In this document: piece by piece, positions 28,778 through 38,284 of the stretch | How positions within the stretch are numbered: position 1 is the stretch's first letter | Layout of the letters: each line of letters starts with the position of its first letter | Origin: Bdellovibrio sp. | GTDB lineage: Bacteria > Bdellovibrionota > Bdellovibrionia > Bdellovibrionales > Bdellovibrionaceae | DNA length: 64,000 bases | Direction of reading: 5' to 3' | NCBI GenBank assembly: GCA_036676395.1 | Contig: JAKFCY010000002.1 | Span: 2,528,001 to 2,592,000, forward strand | Notes under the pieces: model-generated | Database searches by the model: none | Told to the model about the DNA's origin: nothing | The model's input: the letters and a program-made list of their open reading frames with translations, nothing else | Program-made: the position numbers and the translations under genes

Positions 28778-29626
28778 ATGAGAAATTCTGCTCTTTTTTT
28801 ATTTTTTGCTTTTCTATTCGTGTGTTTGCAACAAGCACAAGCTTATAAAGTTTTAGAAATTCGTAATAATAAAATCTTAGTCGACCTAGAAGGACAGATT
28901 CTAGAACGCGGTGATTATTTAAAAACTCTTCCGAATGCAGAATTTCAAGGCCGCGCTATTGTTATCACTATCCGCCCTGGCCAAGCTATCGGTAAACTTC
29001 AAGATGGTAATTTCACTGTCGGCGAACAAGTCACAAGAATCAAAGCCGATCCAAAGTTTAATGAAGAAGCTATTAAAGTTTCGTTACAATTTAAATATTT
29101 AAACAACGGGATTTCAATCAAACAAAGAGATAACAGCTTTCCAACGCCAAATTCAGAAACCGTCACAATGACCGGTTCTAGTGTTGGTGGCTTTGCGGTT
29201 ATTGACTGGCCCACGGATTGGTTTTTATTGCGCGGTTCATTAGGTGTGGAACCCGTAGAAGTTAAAGGAACAGCAAGATTTAATTCTTGTTTGAGCAAGA
29301 CATCTACAAATTGCACGGTCGACATTAATTATATCGCAGCCTCGGCAGCGATCCGTTATGATTACTACCGCAAAAACCGCCTAGTTACTTGGGTGGCGGC
29401 AGGATCTGGAATTAAATTTCCCTTAAATAAAAGTTCAACATCTTTAAACAAAGGCGCTATCGGTATTGCGAACTCAATTTTAGTAAGTACCGGCGCAGAT
29501 TATTTGATCACTAAAAAATATTTTATTCCGGTCGGAATGGAGTATCACTACTCATTAAATTATTCAGAGAAAGTTCCCGTTATTAGCCAGTTTGCCTTGC
29601 ATGCGGGTATCGGTATGGAATTTTAA
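28778..29626 (+). CDS. exported protein with C-terminal outer-membrane beta-barrel
   Basis: Signal peptide; amphipathic strands; terminal Phe (GIGMEF). Confidence 0.7.
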   Translation: MRNSALFLFFAFLFVCLQQAQAYKVLEIRNNKILVDLEGQILERGDYLKTLPNAEFQGRAIVITIRPGQAIGKLQDGNFTVGEQVTRIKADPKFNEEAIKVSLQFKYLNNGISIKQRDNSFPTPNSETVTMTGSSVGGFAVIDWPTDWFLLRGSLGVEPVEVKGTARFNSCLSKTSTNCTVDINYIAASAAIRYDYYRKNRLVTWVAAGSGIKFPLNKSSTSLNKGAIGIANSILVSTGADYLITKKYFIPVGMEYHYSLNYSEKVPVISQFALHAGIGMEF

Positions 29627-29636
29627 ATTATTACAG

Positions 29637-31679
29637 CTAAGGCGTAAGCGTTACATAGGAATGAACTTTACCATATGAATCGACGAAACGAACTACGCCC
29701 GAATCAATAAAATATATTCTTTCGTTGGCGCCCACAAAAGTATCCCATAGATCCAGTTCGCAGGCTGTTTTTCCGGTTCCATTAGCACAAAGTGATGCGA
29801 AGTTCTGAAATCCGCGCCCTACTTGTGTATCCCAAGAGCTGCCATTGTAACGTCGAACATAACCTTCAAGACGATTCATTGAATAAAGATTGCCTGTGCG
29901 CGAGACGAATAAATTATTATTACTGAAATAACTAGGCACTATAAAATTTAGCGCAGCAGCTGGAACGGCCACACCGTCTTCGCCAAATACAGACATAGTC
30001 TGAAAAGCACACGATGTATCGTCATCACAAAGTCGCGCATAGATATAAGATATATCTTTATTGGTCGTATCGTAAGTTACACCCATACCACCGTAAGGCC
30101 ACAAGGCATCAACAGCCTGGTCTGAATCACCGCTTACACCAGTACCTGATAACTTAATTGAAATGATTTTAATATCACGGTCTGGACGATACACGCGTAA
30201 ACGAAAACGATCAGTTTCATCAGGTAAAACAGAATTATCTAATTCTTTGAGCGGATCTTCTGAGTTAAAAACAATCCAGTTATTCGGTAAAACTTGAAAT
30301 GTGCCATACCATAATAAATTATCATGGTAATCAATTTGTAAGTTAGTGGCTGTCGTAACAGTGCCTGATGTGTCAGATCCACCACCAACGATGGTTTCAA
30401 TCGTTTGCGAACCAGGTGCTTCATTTAAATTAATTCGGCGAATACGATCATAATCAAAGATAATTAAATTTTCTTCGCGATCAAGAGCGATACGCATTGG
30501 CTTTTTAACTGAAGCTATAGCCAATAGCCCGTCAGCTATTGTACCTGTTTGTGGCACGATCACAGTTTGAGTTCCCGTAACTGGATTTACTTTAACAATC
30601 CCACGCACTTTATCGCGGATATAAACGATTCCTGCAGAATCTACCACAAACATTTGTGGATCTAACAACGAAGCATCAGAATCATACGGAGCTGTCGGAC
30701 TATCTGTTTTATTCATTACCGTTACACTGTTAACCACAACATGACTTGATACAGCTCCGCCAGTGATTGTTTTACCTGTGCAGTTTACACCCGCACAAGT
30801 GCGCGTATAGACATCGGTAATATCAGTATTTGTTACACCCACTGGCGAAGATGCTACCAGTGTTAATTCACTTTGATTATGAGCATAGTCACGAGCCCAA
30901 AGAGTTGTGGTCATACTTGCCATCGTCGTAAATCCGTAAAAGAACGGAATACTGACATTAGATAGTGAGGTTTCGCCAGATGAACCAGTTAAACTATTTA
31001 CATTTAACCAGCACGCATCAGTTTCAGTGGGAGCTGTTGTCGTAAAATGTTTAAGACAAACATCTTTGATCGGCGATAGCGAAAAAGTATCTGTGATATT
31101 CGGAAGTGAAATCGTAGAAAATCCAGTTGAAACGTCTCCGTCAATATGACCAAAATTCATTCCCAGCATAATGGGTGCACAAGAATCTACGGTAAACATT
31201 CCCGGTGTTACTTCTAGTGTCGGAAACGCATCCGGACGACCGCGGGTTAATACACGAATTTTATAATTGTTGCCATCGCTGACCTGGCTTGACGCCAAAC
31301 AATCTAATTCGCGTGGCACTGACCAATTAAAAACAGTTTCTTCACCAGAATTGGTCGCAAAATCGTTACCATCTTGGCCTGTTGATGACGTCATTACGGT
31401 CCATGTTAAACCTGCATCACGACTATATTCAATCGTGCTTGAGTTCGAATCTAATGTTGGATCAGTAATAGTTAAATGGACTTGGTATAACACTCCACCT
31501 TTAACATATTCACCACCGCGTAATGATTCAATCACCACAATTGGGGACTGACCATTCATGGGTGGGCTTTCAGAAGCCGGTGTTACCGGATCTTGAATCG
31601 TGCTCTCACAGCCAGAGACTGTTAACATCCCTGCTAATAAAACACTTAAATAAATGAAAAGTTTTTTAGTCTTTAGCAT
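29637..31679 (-). CDS. lipoprotein with Ig-like/Asp-box N-region and NHL/teneurin-like propeller
   Basis: Lipobox VSG|C; SRDAGLTW Asp-box; LIIFDYDRIRRI..TIETIVGGG; paralog of 32957-36463. Confidence 0.75.
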   Translation of the reverse strand: MLKTKKLFIYLSVLLAGMLTVSGCESTIQDPVTPASESPPMNGQSPIVVIESLRGGEYVKGGVLYQVHLTITDPTLDSNSSTIEYSRDAGLTWTVMTSSTGQDGNDFATNSGEETVFNWSVPRELDCLASSQVSDGNNYKIRVLTRGRPDAFPTLEVTPGMFTVDSCAPIMLGMNFGHIDGDVSTGFSTISLPNITDTFSLSPIKDVCLKHFTTTAPTETDACWLNVNSLTGSSGETSLSNVSIPFFYGFTTMASMTTTLWARDYAHNQSELTLVASSPVGVTNTDITDVYTRTCAGVNCTGKTITGGAVSSHVVVNSVTVMNKTDSPTAPYDSDASLLDPQMFVVDSAGIVYIRDKVRGIVKVNPVTGTQTVIVPQTGTIADGLLAIASVKKPMRIALDREENLIIFDYDRIRRINLNEAPGSQTIETIVGGGSDTSGTVTTATNLQIDYHDNLLWYGTFQVLPNNWIVFNSEDPLKELDNSVLPDETDRFRLRVYRPDRDIKIISIKLSGTGVSGDSDQAVDALWPYGGMGVTYDTTNKDISYIYARLCDDDTSCAFQTMSVFGEDGVAVPAAALNFIVPSYFSNNNLFVSRTGNLYSMNRLEGYVRRYNGSSWDTQVGRGFQNFASLCANGTGKTACELDLWDTFVGANERIYFIDSGVVRFVDSYGKVHSYVTLTP

Positions 31680-32960
31680 CTAGAATCCCACCACCAGTTG
31701 TAGTTCTGTATTTTTGAATTCGCGACTAAGACCTGCAGCAGTTTCAGCATTATAAGTTTCTGAATTATAGCCTGCACCGATCCAAAGTGGTTTTTTATTC
31801 ATTGTGAACTGGTAACGATACTCAACACCGATTTCAGTGTGAGATTTAATCACTTCAGACATCATACCAATCATATTCACGCGGGCGATCATACGATTTT
31901 TCGGATCAAATAAATAATCCGCGTAAAGCCCGTAACCCGCTTGGTTTGAAGACAGTTTTGCTGTTGATGATTTTTGCTGAACTGTAATTCCAGAAAAAAG
32001 TGCACGTAAGCCCAGATCAAGCACGTTGTTATAATTATAATGAGCACCAACATGCGCATTGTAATAAAGCATGTCTACAGATTCTTCTTTTTTACCTAAA
32101 GCAAAACTTGTTCTAAATTCGCCGCCGAATTTAAAGAAATTCATGTATTTCGGGCTTAACACAGAATACTTAAACGAATACTTACTGTCTTCACTAACGA
32201 CAGGATCTGCCGTGTAACTTAAATCTAATTTTCCAAGATAAATAGCTTGTTGTAATTCGCTGGAATTTTTTTGGATGGTTTTATCCATCGCTTCTTTTTT
32301 GGCTAAATCGATATTTTTTGGTGTAATTAATTCTAAAACAAATTGTTGATCGCCGTTTCTTAGCGAGATCGTACCAATTGCTCCACCTTTTGGCGATGTG
32401 GCTGGTAAGTTATAACTTCTCCATGGTTCACCTTTACCGGCCACTTCAAATAATGTTGAATCCATCCATTCGACTTGGGCTGGGGCACTTAAAGTAATAT
32501 TTAAAACTTTTTGCGAGTTATCACAAGAAACTGCTAGCGGAAAACTCAACGGTATTTTTGGATCTTGTAATTGCACACGCGCCGAATTTTTTGCACAACG
32601 CTCAACCACAATTCGTGATTTTGCAAGTGGTGTCCACTCGGCCGTGATTTTTTTCTCGACACCTGATTGGGTGGTGTACGTTAAAGTATCAACGCCGCTT
32701 TGAATGTACCAAATTGTTTTATCAGCAACAGGAGCCGTAACCCCGTTTTCGGTAATGAGTTCTGTATCTGTTTTAGCATCAGGAATAACAACACTCACAC
32801 CATATTGGCGAAAGCCTTCTGGGTTAGTGAAAAATCCTTCTTTCGCAGGCCATGCGACAACCTGACCTTTTTCATCGGTCATTTTAACTTGCGCATAAAC
32901 TTGTGATGATAGACTCATCATAGTAAATAGTACTCCTGCAAAAAATCTCTTTATCGTCAT
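31680..32960 (-). CDS. outer-membrane protein: N-terminal periplasmic domain plus C-terminal beta-barrel
   Basis: Signal peptide; aromatic amphipathic strands in the C-terminal ~200 aa; terminal Phe; ATGA overlap with the upstream gene. Confidence 0.7.
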   Translation of the reverse strand: MTIKRFFAGVLFTMMSLSSQVYAQVKMTDEKGQVVAWPAKEGFFTNPEGFRQYGVSVVIPDAKTDTELITENGVTAPVADKTIWYIQSGVDTLTYTTQSGVEKKITAEWTPLAKSRIVVERCAKNSARVQLQDPKIPLSFPLAVSCDNSQKVLNITLSAPAQVEWMDSTLFEVAGKGEPWRSYNLPATSPKGGAIGTISLRNGDQQFVLELITPKNIDLAKKEAMDKTIQKNSSELQQAIYLGKLDLSYTADPVVSEDSKYSFKYSVLSPKYMNFFKFGGEFRTSFALGKKEESVDMLYYNAHVGAHYNYNNVLDLGLRALFSGITVQQKSSTAKLSSNQAGYGLYADYLFDPKNRMIARVNMIGMMSEVIKSHTEIGVEYRYQFTMNKKPLWIGAGYNSETYNAETAAGLSREFKNTELQLVVGF

Positions 32961-35900
32961 GGACATATTCCTGTTGTCGTCACACAGTACTTACCTACAC
33001 CCGACAAACCATTTTGTCTGGTTGGAAAATACACTTGCTGCTTATTATAATCCCAAGAAATTGAATTTCCGTCACATGTAAAAAACTTTTTACCTGTACT
33101 ACTGGTCGGTAGTGGCAAGTTTGTTTCTACTCCGGTAGTTAAATTCTTTTTGTTTAATGTACCATCAGTTGCACAGTAATAGACTTCGTACTGGCTTGAT
33201 GCGTTTTTCTTATATGTAAACGAACGAATTCCTTTTGCCGTTGTGGCAAAAACCGAAGACATCCCCGCACCGATAATCATATCTGAACCGTCACGCGATA
33301 GGGCTGCTTTAATAATTTTTGCGTATCCTGGATTTGCCATCAACACAGCTCGCTCTTCTTTCAAATAAATCGAAGACGTTGTTTGGTGACCCCAGTTAGG
33401 CATATAGATGCTATCACTGATATCTACATTTTCTTCAAAAATTGGATGTCCTTGACAAGTCGGATTGGTAGCTGCACCCATAAATTTACGAACTGTACCA
33501 CTTGTTGATTTAAATATTTTTGCATGTTGATCGACATGACATGCCCCATTCCAACGTTGCGTCCAGGCTATCAAATAAGCCTCACTAGTTCCATTTTCGA
33601 CAGCGTAAGTTCCAATTGTACTTCCGTCCGGAACCATGATCCCGTGAAGAACTAAAGGATAACCATTCATTGAAATGTTTCGGCCTTCGACACCATTAGC
33701 AGCAGCACTTAAAAAAGCGGTTCCGCCAGCACCAAGTACCAGTTTCCATTTACCGGCTTTACCTGTAGCTACGTCTCTTTCATATTTAACAACAATTCCA
33801 TTACGAGTCAGTGACGCATAGAATGTTCCGTCGCGCGGATCAACTTGTACACCTTGAATACCGCCCCAGAATTCGTTGGCAAATGACGATGCGGATGCAG
33901 CATTGGTTGAATAACGATTGACCGACGGAGCTTCAAAAGAAACGCCTTCATCCGTGTAATTACCAGCTAAGCGTGAGATTACGCCAGCATCACCTTGCGT
34001 AATTTCACGCACATTAAATTCTTTATTATCGGCAGCAACAACAGTGTCACTGGCTCCCCAAACACCTAAATAGTTTACACCATTCATTCGCGCAGCTAAT
34101 GGCGAAGCGCCATCACCGGCAGATTTTCTTTCACCAAACAGAGTTTTTAATTTACCATCTGGTAAAATTACGCGGATTTGTCCGGCATCATTAAAATAAA
34201 CTGTATTGGTTGCATCAACAAACGCATCGATACCTGAAATATTACATGAGGCTGCGGTGCCACCATCGGCACAATAACCTTGGGTTTGCCCGCCGACCAC
34301 TGTGTTCCACTGGTTTGTCGCTACATTGTATTTACCTAATTTAAACGGATAATGGGCACCTAACCAATAAACAGCGCCACGACGTGAAGCAAACATTTGC
34401 GTTTCCCAGTAAGCATAATTTGGTGCATGCGTTCCATAACCCACACTCACCCCATTACGCGCATTGAAATTAGCCACGTGATGACCACAACCGCCCGGTA
34501 CAGGAAAACAAATATATGATGTTAAAAACTCTGGTTGCGAAGTTCTGTAATTGAACGACAAGGCAATAGTGCGTACATAATCTGTCGTAAAGATATATTC
34601 TGGGTCGCCGTATTTACCTTTGCCAGATAGTTTCATAAAATAAACTTTATCTTCAGCCGCTTTATAGATACCCATCGTATAATCTACTACTCGCGCCGTC
34701 GGACTGCCCAGCGTAAACCAAATATTTCCGTTCGGTAATACCTGGAATAAGGTGTACATGTTCATTGAAGTTGAAAATTTTAAACTTTTTGCAAGAACGG
34801 CTTTGGTGTATGTCGTAACAGTACCGCCACCAATAATCGTGTTGATCGTACCGTCAGCTTCAACGCGACGAATGCGGTCGCCGTCAAAAATTAACAGACG
34901 ATCTTTGTAATCAACGGTGATTTTTCCGTTACCGATCGTTGTTGCTGAGGTTGCTTGGCCGCCATCGCCAGTTTTAGCGCTGCCTTTGGCTACGAAAACT
35001 TTTTGCACGCCATCGACCGGATCTACTAATAAGACTCCGCGTGTGGCATCCATGAAATAAACTTTACCTTTTGACGTTACCGCTAAAGTACCAAAATCAC
35101 CCGGAACGTCAGCTGCACGAACGACTGATAAGAAAATCGCTTTATTTGCCGAGCCGTTAATACCTAAATCAGTATTACCCGCAACAATTGAAAACTTTTC
35201 TGTATTCAATGCCGGTGTGGCACTTAATGAAACTAAACCCGATTGATCTTTTACTTTGATCTGAATTTTAAAATATTTATCTGTTGGCGCAGGAATACGG
35301 CGACAGCCGGTGAAGTTACCATCAATGGTACATCCCACTGGCGTATTCGTGATATCTTGCATATTCGGAACTTCAATGAAGGTTTCTTCATCTAATGTAT
35401 AATATAAACTAATTGGGGCTGTTAATAAGTCTGAATCTGTGACTTTCCAACGAATAAATAAATCTTGGTTCTGCACAAACGTTGTTTGCTCTTTTGTCGG
35501 AGATAAAGATGATGAATCATTCGTTGAACCGATCATATTTGTAATTGTTGGAGCTACCGCTGGGTTGTACGCGATTGTAACCTGGTCAACATTTTCAGCG
35601 CCTGATCCAGCTGTTAAACCCGAAATGTTTCCGGCAAAATCCATCGCCCAAACACTGATTTTATAAGTGTTTTGCACGAAGCCGACGAAGGTAGAAATAT
35701 CTGTTTTGATTAATGACTTGGCAGCCGTATCTTCTAAATCCTGCCAGCAGGTATCATCTGCATTGGGCGCGATAAGATCAAAAGCTTTTACGCAAACAAA
35801 TTTAATAACCGTGGTTGTATCAGAAGCAGCAATTCGAGTTTCAAAGAAACTGCGATTCACTACTTTAGCTACCGTTGGGTCACTAACACTGCCAACACTG

Positions 35901-36463
35901 ACAACGCCAAGGGCGCCGGCAGTTAAACCGAAAAAATTAATCGTAGGAGCCGTGCCATCAACAGTGAAAGTGCGTGATGACTGGGTCGCGATTGTTTTAT
36001 TAGCGGCATTTGTTGCTGTCGCTCTGATTAAATATCCGATGCCATCTGGTTGAAATGCAGGGGCTACGGCCCAGTCAAATGAACTTTCTGCACCGGCAAC
36101 ACTTGGTAAAGCGCCAGCACCAGTGATCGTTGTCCATGTTGTTCCGCTGTTTGTTGAAAATTCTAATTTTACTGTGTAAAGCCCCGGATCCACTGCACCA
36201 TCGGCTTCAGAAGTTCCTGATACAATTTGATATTTAATTTTATGAGTCATGTCTGATTTGTAATATGGCCAAGTCGTGTCACGGTCACCATCGGTGAACG
36301 TCACCAGATTTAGCCCTGGAACTAAAATTTTTGCCGGATCCCATTCGTCAAAATCAGAGTCTCCCACAGGAGCTTCTGCTGACTGAATCATAGGATCAGT
36401 AATTTCAGCCTGACAGCTGAACAAAGTAGATAATAAAAAGCAGATCAATAAAATCTTTTTCAT
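32957..36463 (-). CDS. large lipoprotein with NHL/teneurin-like repeats
   Basis: MKKILL..LFS|C lipobox; GDGGQAT, GDGASPLAA, RLLIFDGDRIRRV..TINTIIGGG repeats. Confidence 0.78.
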   Translation of the reverse strand: MKKILLICFLLSTLFSCQAEITDPMIQSAEAPVGDSDFDEWDPAKILVPGLNLVTFTDGDRDTTWPYYKSDMTHKIKYQIVSGTSEADGAVDPGLYTVKLEFSTNSGTTWTTITGAGALPSVAGAESSFDWAVAPAFQPDGIGYLIRATATNAANKTIATQSSRTFTVDGTAPTINFFGLTAGALGVVSVGSVSDPTVAKVVNRSFFETRIAASDTTTVIKFVCVKAFDLIAPNADDTCWQDLEDTAAKSLIKTDISTFVGFVQNTYKISVWAMDFAGNISGLTAGSGAENVDQVTIAYNPAVAPTITNMIGSTNDSSSLSPTKEQTTFVQNQDLFIRWKVTDSDLLTAPISLYYTLDEETFIEVPNMQDITNTPVGCTIDGNFTGCRRIPAPTDKYFKIQIKVKDQSGLVSLSATPALNTEKFSIVAGNTDLGINGSANKAIFLSVVRAADVPGDFGTLAVTSKGKVYFMDATRGVLLVDPVDGVQKVFVAKGSAKTGDGGQATSATTIGNGKITVDYKDRLLIFDGDRIRRVEADGTINTIIGGGTVTTYTKAVLAKSLKFSTSMNMYTLFQVLPNGNIWFTLGSPTARVVDYTMGIYKAAEDKVYFMKLSGKGKYGDPEYIFTTDYVRTIALSFNYRTSQPEFLTSYICFPVPGGCGHHVANFNARNGVSVGYGTHAPNYAYWETQMFASRRGAVYWLGAHYPFKLGKYNVATNQWNTVVGGQTQGYCADGGTAASCNISGIDAFVDATNTVYFNDAGQIRVILPDGKLKTLFGERKSAGDGASPLAARMNGVNYLGVWGASDTVVAADNKEFNVREITQGDAGVISRLAGNYTDEGVSFEAPSVNRYSTNAASASSFANEFWGGIQGVQVDPRDGTFYASLTRNGIVVKYERDVATGKAGKWKLVLGAGGTAFLSAAANGVEGRNISMNGYPLVLHGIMVPDGSTIGTYAVENGTSEAYLIAWTQRWNGACHVDQHAKIFKSTSGTVRKFMGAATNPTCQGHPIFEENVDISDSIYMPNWGHQTTSSIYLKEERAVLMANPGYAKIIKAALSRDGSDMIIGAGMSSVFATTAKGIRSFTYKKNASSQYEVYYCATDGTLNKKNLTTGVETNLPLPTSSTGKKFFTCDGNSISWDYNKQQVYFPTRQNGLSGVGKYCVTTTGICP

Positions 36464-36465
36464 AA

Positions 36466-38283
36466 TTACCTTCCTATACACCTAACTGCGTAACTAAAAC
36501 TGCGTTCATCTTTGCTGCGCGTGCCAGTTGTCGGATCAAATAGCCAAGCTTTTAATCTATCTGTCGAATCAACGGTGGCTGTCCACTCTTGACCAGAGGT
36601 ATTTGCATTAAGTGCATCAGGCATTACAAAACGAAGACCATCATGGTTTGCCACCATGTAATCGTAAATCGATGGCAGACGCCATTTAGCTTTCGGAGTA
36701 GTTGTTCTATCAAGACCGGCTTTACCGGCATTATCGATATCTGTATCTGTCGATGAAAAACCTATGGCATCTTCACAGGCACTGATTGGACTGGCTGATT
36801 GAATTTGATAGAATGAATTATCACAAATATCATTTGGATCATCTTCATTGTAGTTTCCGGCCACAATATTTGATTCTACTGAATTTGAACTTCCAGAAGC
36901 TTTACACCAGTTTATTCCTGCTGAAACAACACTGCTCCACATTAAACCTGTTGATTGATCTTGCCAAACTTCGCGGCCTTTACCAGCAGAGACATCTCCG
37001 GTACGAGTCACCAATTTCCATTGGCCTTCGCCGTTGTGGCCCTTTGAGGCTCCATCCCATGTTGCGTTCGCACCGAAAACAGTTGCGCAATCTGCGATTC
37101 TTAATCCGATTGAAGCTTGCGCTGTTCCGCAAGTTGTTGCGGCCCAGCCCGTGCGATCAACTAACGTCACTTGTGTCGTTAAGTTATAAGCATCATCACT
37201 TGAAGCAATTCGTGGAACCGGATGATAATAAGAAGGAAGCACCGTGGCCGAGGCTGCTGAATATGTTGTTGTTTCAGAAACATAAGTTAAAACATTAACC
37301 GTGGTTGAAGTCGTGCGCGACATTCCCGAACCCCACTCTGTTAATACACCCGTGAATGAGCCGGCAACTCCAAAAATAGTTTCACTCACGCGGATATTGC
37401 CCGCGATTAAATTTGCATCGACAACATTTTTATTGGCCGCAAACCAACAACTACCCACATTATTTGAAGTACAAAGGGTATTACGACCACCATATTCAGT
37501 TGTATAAACATATTTTGGCGGCGAAATCACGCATGATCCGCCATTGTAACCATCAGCACAGGCAATCGCACTGCGAACATAGGTATTCGGTTGATTTGTC
37601 CAACAAGGAGCCGCGTTCGGTACGTTTAAGGTACAATTTAATGAACGCCCGCCGTACTCAGAGTTATACCAGTAATTGCTGGCTGCAACCACGCAGGCCG
37701 TACTAATAATACCTTCAGCTGTACAATTAGCGATCGTTACAGAATCAGAAATAATATATCTGCCAGTGATTGGTAACCAACAAGGCGCCGTCAATTCAAC
37801 GTCTTCAACGCAAATATTACTGCGTCCGCCGTACTCTTCATCATAAACGAAATTACCGGTTTCAGCCTTACATGAAGCGCCGATTAAACCTTCGCTATCA
37901 ACAACACCTGGTGCTGTACATAATGGAAAAGATGAACCGGTTTGATCACCGGTCACGCCAAAAATAGTCGTGCCGCTTTGGATATTTGAAGATTGCAGAT
38001 CAGTATCAACTACAGTAGCAGTTCGGCCATCATACCAACCAACCGGCAGAGCACGTGTTAAAGAACCATCTGCAGTCGTTAAATTTGTACCTTCAGTTGT
38101 ACGCCCACCGTATTCAGCGTTATAAACATATTTACTAGCCATTACTACGCAAGGTTCAGTCGTGGTGATAACGCCTTCATCACACTCAGTCAGATCTAAA
38201 AGAGATGATTCATCGATTTCGAATTTCGAACATCCCAACGAGAACATAAACATTGTAAGTAAAAGTAATATATATATTTTCAT
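36466..38283 (-). CDS. Cys-rich YGGR-repeat lipoprotein with C-terminal DUF1566 (Lcl/CLec-like) domain
   Basis: SLG|C lipobox; WQDQSTGLMW, WRLPS, EWTAT, terminal AVRCIGR. Confidence 0.8.
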   Translation of the reverse strand: MKIYILLLLTMFMFSLGCSKFEIDESSLLDLTECDEGVITTTEPCVVMASKYVYNAEYGGRTTEGTNLTTADGSLTRALPVGWYDGRTATVVDTDLQSSNIQSGTTIFGVTGDQTGSSFPLCTAPGVVDSEGLIGASCKAETGNFVYDEEYGGRSNICVEDVELTAPCWLPITGRYIISDSVTIANCTAEGIISTACVVAASNYWYNSEYGGRSLNCTLNVPNAAPCWTNQPNTYVRSAIACADGYNGGSCVISPPKYVYTTEYGGRNTLCTSNNVGSCWFAANKNVVDANLIAGNIRVSETIFGVAGSFTGVLTEWGSGMSRTTSTTVNVLTYVSETTTYSAASATVLPSYYHPVPRIASSDDAYNLTTQVTLVDRTGWAATTCGTAQASIGLRIADCATVFGANATWDGASKGHNGEGQWKLVTRTGDVSAGKGREVWQDQSTGLMWSSVVSAGINWCKASGSSNSVESNIVAGNYNEDDPNDICDNSFYQIQSASPISACEDAIGFSSTDTDIDNAGKAGLDRTTTPKAKWRLPSIYDYMVANHDGLRFVMPDALNANTSGQEWTATVDSTDRLKAWLFDPTTGTRSKDERSFSYAVRCIGR

Positions 38284-38284
38284 A

